Below are positions 10,323-18,462 of a DNA stretch of 64,000 nt, in pieces. Origin of the DNA: Bacteroidales bacterium (GTDB taxonomy: Bacteria > Bacteroidota > Bacteroidia > Bacteroidales > Prolixibacteraceae); the NCBI GenBank assembly GCA_047975005.1, contig JBKECW010000040.1, positions 12,496 through 76,495 on the forward strand. Direction: 5' to 3'. The position numbers and the translations under genes are program-made. The notes beneath the pieces are model-generated. The model was not told where the DNA came from. It did not search any database and saw nothing but the letters and a program-made list of their open reading frames with translations. Position 1 is the first letter of the stretch. Each line of letters opens with the position of its first letter.

Positions 10323-12275
10323 ATGAAAATTTTTTACGTTAGAATTTGCAGTTTAATATTACTTTTAGTGCTTGTTGGAACAGCAACTGAAGTGTGCGCT
10401 GCCGGGTACTTTAGAGATACGGTGAGTTATGTATGCGGAGCATCAAGGTCTCACGTGTATCTAGACAAAGAAGTTGGGATAGACAATCTTGATGTGAATC
10501 AAGGCTATTGGTTGCTTATTCATAGCGATCAGTATGCTACTGTAAATCCTGACGATCTAAGCTCCATCACTCAGCCTATGGTTATTGATACCGTTAGCAA
10601 TGCTTTCGGGTTGGTGGGAAGGCCGTATGGAGCATACGACCTTATTTTTGTTTCTACCCAAAACCAGCAGTGCGGGATTAACGTTGATGGAATGGCGCAC
10701 TTGCGTTTGAATATCCTTCCTCCTTCCGAACATTTCTATATAGGACAGGTGTGCGTGTCAAACGGTACTATTATTCTCAACAATGTGTTAGAAGAGCTAA
10801 TGCCTTCATTTGAGGAAGGGCGCGACGAAATCGTGTGGACTCATTACAAACTAAACGATGCTAATGACTTGGTAGAAGCTAACGATGGGTTAAATACCTC
10901 CACAGGTGAGCTAAGCCTTGATAAATACCTCGGAACAGAAGTAACGATAAACTTCTCGTTGACCAGACAAATAGATGGACACACAATAAACAATTGCTCT
11001 GATGGCTCTATAACATTAGAGGTCGTAGACAGTGTTGAACCCCAGGGAACGATAAACTCCGTTCCTTTTTGCATTGAGTCCTTGCCTGATACGGTTTCAC
11101 TAAACCAATTATTAGGAATGGGTTTTCCCTCAAGTTCTACAGATGCGTGGTCATCGTCGGACGGAGTTAGCATAGTAGGAAGCAAAGTTCCACTGAAATC
11201 CGCTGTGAAGAAGTATATAACCGATAATTCTGCAAGACCTACACAATTCGAATTTAAGCTGACAAGAACAATAGATGCATCCAAATGCATAACGCAAGGT
11301 GAAGAGACATTGATAATTAAATTTGTGGACTCGGATTTTAGAATGCCCTCCGATATTCCTCTTAGTGATGTTTGTCAGTACGCCGATCCTTATATTAATC
11401 TGTATGAGAAGATGGGGCTTGCGCTACCATCAAATGCAGGAACATGGAAAGTAGAGCCTGCAATAGATCCTGCATTCTTTAGCGACGGACGTCTTGTTAC
11501 TATTGGGCTGCAAGAGGGCGAGTATAAATTTACTTATATAATCGACGAAACTATCGATACCACCTTGGCTTGTGCTATTGGCATTGATACTGTTAGACTG
11601 AATTTTAAGTTTAATGAGGATAACGGTCTAAAAGGTACCTCTATACAAGTCTGCGAAGACAATGCCGACAATATCAATTTATATAGCCTCCTAATGAATA
11701 GGAATTACACTACTCATCTTGATGATGGCTATTGGGCAGAGGTAAACAATAAAGATGTAGTCTTGGAAAAACTTACTTCAGCTCAGGCTAGCAATGTAGA
11801 CCTGTCCGGAAAGCCTAACAATACCTACATGTACCGATTTACTGACACAACAGAGAGTTTTTGCGGAGACAGTGTTGCCTTGGTGTATGTTACAAAAACG
11901 CGGAATGTCGCGGTGAGCTCTAGAACAATATCGATGTGTCATTTGTTTAACACTGCAGATACCTTTAGTTTGACAGCATTTGCCGGATTGGCAGGTGTGT
12001 GTGGAACATGGTCATGGGAGGATGTTGATGGTGCGGGAAGTGTTATAAAGGCTGACGGAACTCCTGCTACAAACGGAAGCGCACAAAATGCTGATGGTTT
12101 GTTTTTTCTAGCTAACGATGAATATTCTACAAATCCTCCTGCGGGAGAAGAGTATAAACAATACAAATTCACATTTAAAGTCGGACCGGACTGTGATGGC
12201 TGCGGTTTGAAAAAAGATCAAGAGATACCTTTTTATGTGAATATTACTAGTAATATGATTGACGGATTACCTTAA
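10323..12275 (+). CDS. Secreted six-module Cys-bracketed repeat protein, paralogue A (no T9SS sorting domain)
   Basis: Signal peptide, 14 Cys in the mature part, and six modules of about 100 aa collinear with ORFs B-E. It ends ...FYVNITSNMIDGLP. Confidence 0.85.
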   Translation: MKIFYVRICSLILLLVLVGTATEVCAAGYFRDTVSYVCGASRSHVYLDKEVGIDNLDVNQGYWLLIHSDQYATVNPDDLSSITQPMVIDTVSNAFGLVGRPYGAYDLIFVSTQNQQCGINVDGMAHLRLNILPPSEHFYIGQVCVSNGTIILNNVLEELMPSFEEGRDEIVWTHYKLNDANDLVEANDGLNTSTGELSLDKYLGTEVTINFSLTRQIDGHTINNCSDGSITLEVVDSVEPQGTINSVPFCIESLPDTVSLNQLLGMGFPSSSTDAWSSSDGVSIVGSKVPLKSAVKKYITDNSARPTQFEFKLTRTIDASKCITQGEETLIIKFVDSDFRMPSDIPLSDVCQYADPYINLYEKMGLALPSNAGTWKVEPAIDPAFFSDGRLVTIGLQEGEYKFTYIIDETIDTTLACAIGIDTVRLNFKFNEDNGLKGTSIQVCEDNADNINLYSLLMNRNYTTHLDDGYWAEVNNKDVVLEKLTSAQASNVDLSGKPNNTYMYRFTDTTESFCGDSVALVYVTKTRNVAVSSRTISMCHLFNTADTFSLTAFAGLAGVCGTWSWEDVDGAGSVIKADGTPATNGSAQNADGLFFLANDEYSTNPPAGEEYKQYKFTFKVGPDCDGCGLKKDQEIPFYVNITSNMIDGLP

Positions 12276-12298
12276 AGAATTAATTATTAACAATATAA

Positions 12299-14164
12299 AT
12301 GAATCGTATAAATTTAATTAGAATCTTTATTATGAGAAAGTTGTTTACTTTTCTTGTTAGTGTTGTAGCAATGCTAACAATATCTATGGGTACTGCAAGC
12401 TCACAATGCAAGGTGTTTAGTGTTGACACCATGTATGTTTGTCCTGCGGATCTTAGTACTCCAATTGACCTAGAGAGCCAAGTAGTTGGAATTAATTTTG
12501 AAGAAGGAAAAGGTATATGGTACGCTATTCCTGTGAATACAGAAATAGGTGCTGCGGATACTTGTAAATTCCCTCTTGCTAATTCGACCGAAGTAGAGGG
12601 TGGAATTTTTATTACTGCAGAAGCTTCTGAAGGACAAACGTACACTTTTCTTTACCGTTCTACAGAGAGTCAAGGTTGTGGTATCGAGCAAGGTGGTGTA
12701 GCTATCGCTACTATAATAACAGTAAGTAAAGGTAATCTTGAATTTGATGTTTGTGAGAATAAGGGACCTCTAGACCTGTTGGGTATTCTGAACGCAGAGG
12801 TACCTCAAAAAATTGGTGAGGGTGACTACACTGAAGATGACATTGTGTTCTACAATTATGTAGCAATAGTTGATGCCGACGGACTTACTTATGAAAAAGG
12901 CGATGTCATCTCCGACCAGCAGTTGGTTATTGACGGAAAAGGCGGTGGCCATCCGGTAAAAGTAGGCTACGAAGTGAAAAGAAGACCCGGAAACGGCGAT
13001 TCTATCTCATGTATGCTTGGAGATTTAGTATTTAATGTATATGATAGCAATGATTCAATTGTTATTAAAGATGACACTACTGCATTCTGTAGTAAGGATG
13101 AATATGCTTCCACAGATTCTATTAGATTGAATGATCTTATTACACCTGTTTTACATGGTACCTGGACAGCCTTAGGATCTGCTCCTGTAGTAAGCTCTAC
13201 CGGAAGAATTTCTAAAGGAGATGCTGCTGCTGCTGCTGCTGCTAATGGTGGTAATGTGAAATATACATATTCATATAAAAAAGGCTGTGATCCAGAGACT
13301 GACGGTACTGCTACTCTTACTATTGAGTTCAAAGAGATATCAATTCCGAATGGTAAGAAAGATACTACTAGTTTCTGTTCTAATGAGAATGGCAGAATAG
13401 ACTTTGATCTTTGGATTGGTGCAGAGCTTCCTAATGGAGACTGGTCATCAACTACTACACCAGATTTTTCAGGCTTGATTAGCGAGGGTAACGTCTTGAA
13501 CACTGCTGTTTTGCCAGCTGGAGAGCATACCTTTAAATGGGTTAAAAACTCAACAGTTGAATCGAACTGTGATTATCCGGATTCACTATTCTTTACTATA
13601 GTAATCAACGAGGCTTATTCTCAAGGAGATATTGTTAGAAAATTCTGTAAAACCTCAGGTCTTGTAGACTACGATTTGAACTCTCTGTTAGAAGCTGATG
13701 CAAGTGGAAAATGGCAAATAAAGGATGGAAGTGCATACGCAGACGTAAGCGATCCTACTAATTTCAACCTAGATTCATTTGCAACAACTGACGGTCCTGT
13801 AGGAGAACTTGTGTATATCATAGGCGACGCTGACGCTGCTTGTGGAGTTGACTCTGTTTCAGTATTCTTATCGTTTGTAGATAATATTATTCTTAACGAC
13901 AGAGAAAAATACTTCTGTATTTACATGGACGATGCTAAAAACATTAACATAACCAATATTCTAGGTAGCGAGCTTGAAGATGGAAAATGGTTGAATCCTA
14001 CAACAGCAGAACCTGGTTCTATTACTGGAACAGAACAGAATCCAATTTTTAATGGCTCTTTGAATGTAGCAGGTGACTATGTATTTACATACACAGGAAA
14101 AGACTGTAACGGTGTAGAGCAGACTGCGACAGTTACAATAAAACTTGGAACTGAATTGCCATAA
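12299..14164 (+). CDS. Secreted six-module Cys-bracketed repeat protein, paralogue B (no T9SS sorting domain)
   Basis: Collinear with A, C, D and E. The signal peptide is more canonical if translation starts at ATG 12332 (MRKLFTFLVSVVAMLTISMGTASS|QC). 14 Cys. Contains an Ala7 run. It ends ...VTIKLGTELP. Confidence 0.85.
   Translation: MNRINLIRIFIMRKLFTFLVSVVAMLTISMGTASSQCKVFSVDTMYVCPADLSTPIDLESQVVGINFEEGKGIWYAIPVNTEIGAADTCKFPLANSTEVEGGIFITAEASEGQTYTFLYRSTESQGCGIEQGGVAIATIITVSKGNLEFDVCENKGPLDLLGILNAEVPQKIGEGDYTEDDIVFYNYVAIVDADGLTYEKGDVISDQQLVIDGKGGGHPVKVGYEVKRRPGNGDSISCMLGDLVFNVYDSNDSIVIKDDTTAFCSKDEYASTDSIRLNDLITPVLHGTWTALGSAPVVSSTGRISKGDAAAAAAANGGNVKYTYSYKKGCDPETDGTATLTIEFKEISIPNGKKDTTSFCSNENGRIDFDLWIGAELPNGDWSSTTTPDFSGLISEGNVLNTAVLPAGEHTFKWVKNSTVESNCDYPDSLFFTIVINEAYSQGDIVRKFCKTSGLVDYDLNSLLEADASGKWQIKDGSAYADVSDPTNFNLDSFATTDGPVGELVYIIGDADAACGVDSVSVFLSFVDNIILNDREKYFCIYMDDAKNINITNILGSELEDGKWLNPTTAEPGSITGTEQNPIFNGSLNVAGDYVFTYTGKDCNGVEQTATVTIKLGTELP
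13223..13243 (+). repeat. Perfect (GCT)7 trinucleotide repeat encoding Ala7 inside paralogue B
   Basis: gctgctgctgctgctgctgct read directly. The translation is GDAAAAAAANGG. Confidence 0.95.
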
Positions 14165-14181
14165 TTGCAATTTTGATATTA

Positions 14182-14218
14182 AATCACTCTAGAGTAATAA
14201 AAACTCTAGAGTGATTTT
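14182..14218 (+). terminator. Hairpin terminator between paralogues B and C
   Basis: Perfect 14-bp inverted repeat aatcactctagagt / actctagagtgatt with a 7-nt loop, ending in TTTT, 18 nt after the stop of B. Confidence 0.6.
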
Positions 14219-14246
14219 AAAAAAAAAAGAATAAAACAGGAAAGCA

Positions 14247-16244
14247 ATGAAAAAGATTATAAGCCTTATATTTACGTGTGCGATACTGGTTTCATTATCG
14301 GCAAATACATTTGCACAATGTGGAAAAAGCTTGTTCAGGGATGTAACCATCTATAGGTGTGAGACAGATTACACACCCATCGACCTCGTTACCGAATCAG
14401 GCTTAGGTCTTTCATTAAATGGTGGATTTTGGGTGCAGATTGTACCCGGTACACTAGATGTTACACCAGGCACAGGAGAGGTAGGATGTATTCCTATCGA
14501 GAAATATGCGACAGTGATAGGAGACATAGCAAACGGAGAAGTAGATCTCGGTAATGTTTATAATCAAGGAGAGTCAAATATAGGTACCTACGAGTTTATA
14601 TACGTAGTAACACATAGCCAAGGTTGTGGTGTAATGGCCGATGACATGGTTAGGGTTAAACTTAGAGTATTGTCAGATCCTCAGAATATAAAATCGGATG
14701 CTTGTCCTGATTTGACTGTTGACCTTTATTCTATAATCCAGCCTTATTATCAAGAGTTGAATATCAACTCATCGACAGTTGTCGACTTTGCTGTAGTAGG
14801 CAATGGTTCAGATGATAATCTGGACGCATCGAAAGGAGAATATTTTACAGGAGGTAGAAACGGACAAACAGTCGAAATTCAGTTTACTGTTATTAGACCC
14901 GAGGTATCGTGCAACATCAATAATTTAATTTTGAAAATTGCTGATAGAGATGGTCTAGATACTTTGGCAAAGACTGATACAGTCAATTTATGTAGGTTTG
15001 CCATAAGCGACCCACTTGATTTGTACACTGTTTCAGGAATAGACTCGGCATTGTACAGTACTTCTGGAAACTGGAAACAAACTAGCGGACCGGTGATGTT
15101 TGGTTCGCATAATACAGTTACACCAAGTGGTGTAATAGACACATCAGGTGCAGCATTTGCTGACACTTATTGGAGCAGTGGCTTGTATATATTTGAATTT
15201 AGTGGATATAATACAAATCCTTGCGACAATATAACAGGTACCGAAACTGCAGAAGTGGTTTTGAGAGTAACTGATAATTTATTGCCTTTTGCAGTCGATA
15301 CGACTCATAGTCTGGAGTGCAACAATTCAACATTAATCGAATTAGATTCTTATTTGCCAGTGAGTTTACCCTCAGGTGCAGGTAGTTGGTTGGACTCTGT
15401 TTACTATTTCGATGGAACTACATTGACAGGTTATAAAGACATTAATGAATCTCTTGGCGCAGATGTAGTAATAGGCAATTTGTTTTATGCTTCGTTGCCA
15501 GTGGTAAGACCCGGCTCATATTATTTTAAATATCGAGTTAGTGGAATAAATGACAAACTTTGTGGCTTAGCCAAAAAAGAGTTTGTTGCAGCAATAGAAC
15601 TAGCGCAGGCATCAAACTTAGTATCTCAGAGTTTAGAGATTTGTTCTCAGAATATTGATAAATCGCTAAACCTATTTAGTCTTTTGAATGAACCCGTAGA
15701 GCAACAAGATAGCGTTTGGTCGTTCAATGACACAAAACTAAGTGCAGAAGAGGCAAGCTCTTTTGTACCATCAGAGCATGGATTTAGAAATAATCAGACT
15801 TATGTTCTGGATTATCTGGACGATGCAGTATCTTGCGGAACATCATCAGCATCGTTGTATGTTACCGTTAAAGAGTCTATCCTAATAGGGGATACAGTAG
15901 AAATGTACTACTGTTATTCTAATGGGGCAGAGATTATAAATATATCTAACTTGGCAGGTTTTGTCGGAGTTAGTGGAAATTGGACTTGGAAAGCTGATCC
16001 TAGTTCCTATACTATAAGTGCTGAAAATGTTGTTAAGGCTGATGGGTCAATTCACTCAGGAGCTTCGACAGGTGGCGCAATTTATTTGAAAGGTAGAAAT
16101 CAGTATCTTTCTAATAATTCGGCAGCAAACGGTCAGATATCTTATATATTCACATTCGAGCCAACAGCTGGTGCAGACAATTGTCTTACCGGTGCAGACA
16201 AGGCAGTTGTGAAGGTTATTATTGGTGATACGATGACACCATAA
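14247..16244 (+). CDS. Secreted six-module Cys-bracketed repeat protein, paralogue C (no T9SS sorting domain)
   Basis: Signal peptide ...ANTFA|QC, 14 Cys, and modules collinear with A, B, D and E. It ends ...VVKVIIGDTMTP. Confidence 0.88.
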   Translation: MKKIISLIFTCAILVSLSANTFAQCGKSLFRDVTIYRCETDYTPIDLVTESGLGLSLNGGFWVQIVPGTLDVTPGTGEVGCIPIEKYATVIGDIANGEVDLGNVYNQGESNIGTYEFIYVVTHSQGCGVMADDMVRVKLRVLSDPQNIKSDACPDLTVDLYSIIQPYYQELNINSSTVVDFAVVGNGSDDNLDASKGEYFTGGRNGQTVEIQFTVIRPEVSCNINNLILKIADRDGLDTLAKTDTVNLCRFAISDPLDLYTVSGIDSALYSTSGNWKQTSGPVMFGSHNTVTPSGVIDTSGAAFADTYWSSGLYIFEFSGYNTNPCDNITGTETAEVVLRVTDNLLPFAVDTTHSLECNNSTLIELDSYLPVSLPSGAGSWLDSVYYFDGTTLTGYKDINESLGADVVIGNLFYASLPVVRPGSYYFKYRVSGINDKLCGLAKKEFVAAIELAQASNLVSQSLEICSQNIDKSLNLFSLLNEPVEQQDSVWSFNDTKLSAEEASSFVPSEHGFRNNQTYVLDYLDDAVSCGTSSASLYVTVKESILIGDTVEMYYCYSNGAEIINISNLAGFVGVSGNWTWKADPSSYTISAENVVKADGSIHSGASTGGAIYLKGRNQYLSNNSAANGQISYIFTFEPTAGADNCLTGADKAVVKVIIGDTMTP

Positions 16245-16286
16245 TCAACACATCGTAGGATTTCACTATATTGGAAAAGTGAATAT

Positions 16287-16294
16287 TAATTTTG
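16287..16294 (+). promoter_or_regulatory. Candidate -7 box TAatTTTG upstream of paralogue D
   Basis: Exact TAnnTTTG match in the 214-bp C-D spacer, 165 nt upstream of the ATG. There is no good -33 element. Confidence 0.3.
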
Positions 16295-16458
16295 AAGAAA
16301 TAAGACTTGAGTGCAGAGACTTCGAGCAAGTGTAATTGCAACTGCAAGTTGAACTATAAACGATAGATATTTAGGGTTTTATAAGAATTATTTTAAGGGC
16401 GATGAAATTGGAAGTTGTATCAGATAGTATGACGAGGGTTTGAATAAATGAACTTATT

Positions 16459-18393
16459 ATGAGAATTAAACAATTAATACTGGGGCTTATATTTGTTGCA
16501 TTGTCAGCAACAACAGCTTTTTCACAGGCTAGTTATGTCGTAGACAAAACTGTCTATGCCTGCGAAGACCAACATGAGCCAATAAATTTAGTGAAAAGTA
16601 CAGGGATGCAGCTTACTCCTAATGCCGGTTATTGGGTGAGAATTGTTCCCGGTTCTCATTTGGATAATAGCATTCCGATGAATGCTACTATTATCGCTGA
16701 AAGAATATCTCCTATCTTCGGCATTGAAGGTCGTGCGTATGGTACTTATGAGTTTATTTATGTCGCTACAGCTGTTCAGATGTGCGGCATAAACAGGGAT
16801 GATTTTATCCGTGTTGTGCTTGAAATAGAGCCTAGTGCAAAAACACTAACTCGCTTTGCCTGTGGAGGTGAGGTTGTAGATCTGAGCGCAATTCTGCAAT
16901 CGCAGAACTTTGATCAGACTAGCATCGATAATGCTGAGTGGGCAGTGCTCAACAGTAACAACGAGCCGCTTGTCCCCGCAGATGATAATCTTGACCTAAG
17001 TAATAAAACATACAATACTGCAGGCAGAGAAGGACAAAGCATTACTTTCTCTTATGTGCTTGATAGAACAGAAGTTGGCTGTAATTCGGGTTTCATGGTT
17101 TTAGAAGTAGGAGACAAGTATATACACCAACTGTTGGCAGATACAGTACAGAAACTTACTTGTATTGGCGATGTTGCAACACCTAGTAATATTAATCTGA
17201 ATGCAATGCTGGGCATATCGCAAGATATATATGGCGGTGCTTGGTCGGTAGTGTCGTCTTCGTCGGCATCCCTGAGTGCTGGCAATATAAGCATTGATGC
17301 ATCAGGTAGTATTTCTGTGGATGCTAGCTCCGGAGAGTCTTTTCCGCAGGTTGGCGAATTTGTATTCAAATATTCTTACAAGGCTGAGTTTTGCTCGGGC
17401 AGTGGCATCGATACATTCTCAATACTAAAACTTACTGTTAAGGACGATCTTAGCACAGACTTTGTCGGCACTGACACTACCTATTGCGAAAATTATGGCA
17501 CCGTAGATTTGTTCTCTTTGCTAAACAATATATCACTACCTTCATCATCAGGAACATGGGATGTCCTTTACAACGGTAACCTAATTCCTAATAGCTTGAA
17601 GCCTTTTGATGTTGAAAATGGAGTATTTTCAACTCTGATGGCAGACGTTGGTGTTTATACATTCAAATATTATGTCTCTCAGTCGGCGCAAGATTTGTGC
17701 GGATTGACTGGACTAAATGCCGAGTTTACAATCAATATCTCCGAAGCAGTAGAAATTGTTGATGCTGCCCGTCAGATGTGTGCCGGCTCGACAGAAAGAA
17801 TCAACCTTTATAATGTCTTTAATGAACATATAAATCCGCAAAACTGGGATGTTTTCTATAATGGAAGTCAGATTTCAAAAGCTGACGCCTTGGCATACAG
17901 CCCATCGGCAAATTCATTGCAAGCCAACCAGTCGCATCTGTTTAACTATAAATATTCCGGATCTGAGAATGTATGTGGTGTAGATTCAGCAAATTTCTAC
18001 TTGACATTGCGCAGCGAAGGACTAGAACTGAACAATCAGAAACGTTATTTCTGTAGCTATATTGGTGCCGACGAAATAAATATCTCTGATATACTCGGTG
18101 TGGTCGGAATAGACGGAAGCTGGGAAGTGCAAAGTGAGGTGTTGAGCAATGTGTTTACCGTAGATAATCAGGGAAATATAATATCGCATAGCAATACTAC
18201 AATTGTAGAGAATACAGGACTATTCTTTAAAGGCAAAGAACAATATGAGGATGACTTAGTAAGCAGTGGTGTTGCCGGAGATAGAACTTATGAATTTACT
18301 TTTACTCCAAGCAATAATAATGCTTGTATCGATAGTGATAAATTACAGCCTGTAACGGTTACGATTATTATAGGCGAAGATATTACTCAGTAA
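16459..18393 (+). CDS. Secreted six-module Cys-bracketed repeat protein, paralogue D (no T9SS sorting domain)
   Basis: Signal peptide ...TTAFS|QA. Exactly 12 Cys, two per module. It ends ...VTVTIIIGEDITQ. Confidence 0.88.
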   Translation: MRIKQLILGLIFVALSATTAFSQASYVVDKTVYACEDQHEPINLVKSTGMQLTPNAGYWVRIVPGSHLDNSIPMNATIIAERISPIFGIEGRAYGTYEFIYVATAVQMCGINRDDFIRVVLEIEPSAKTLTRFACGGEVVDLSAILQSQNFDQTSIDNAEWAVLNSNNEPLVPADDNLDLSNKTYNTAGREGQSITFSYVLDRTEVGCNSGFMVLEVGDKYIHQLLADTVQKLTCIGDVATPSNINLNAMLGISQDIYGGAWSVVSSSSASLSAGNISIDASGSISVDASSGESFPQVGEFVFKYSYKAEFCSGSGIDTFSILKLTVKDDLSTDFVGTDTTYCENYGTVDLFSLLNNISLPSSSGTWDVLYNGNLIPNSLKPFDVENGVFSTLMADVGVYTFKYYVSQSAQDLCGLTGLNAEFTINISEAVEIVDAARQMCAGSTERINLYNVFNEHINPQNWDVFYNGSQISKADALAYSPSANSLQANQSHLFNYKYSGSENVCGVDSANFYLTLRSEGLELNNQKRYFCSYIGADEINISDILGVVGIDGSWEVQSEVLSNVFTVDNQGNIISHSNTTIVENTGLFFKGKEQYEDDLVSSGVAGDRTYEFTFTPSNNNACIDSDKLQPVTVTIIIGEDITQ

Positions 18394-18462
18394 ATGAGAA
18401 AATGTGCTTAGTTCAATGTTTTTGATCTTGAAGAGAACAAATAGGAAGAAAAAAAATAACTT

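Noticed and set aside
14219-14228. Poly-A runs immediately upstream of start codons as phase-variation tracts: A10 before paralogue C, A8 before paralogue E (18451-18458) and A11 before the OmpA-like gene (22843-22853).
   Set aside because: A-rich leaders directly 5' of the start codon are the normal translation-initiation context in Bacteroidota, which largely lack Shine-Dalgarno use. They lie downstream of any promoter, so length changes would not alter promoter spacing. Only the T11/A9/A7 cluster further upstream of paralogue A was kept as a finding.
12332-14330. Paralogues B and C as lipoproteins, because a Cys follows the signal peptide (SSQC and FAQC).
   Set aside because: The residues before the Cys do not form a good lipobox. 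The A/S-x-A/S|Q pattern fits signal peptidase I cleavage with Gln at +1. The Cys is matched by an extra Cys within module 1, consistent with a disulfide.
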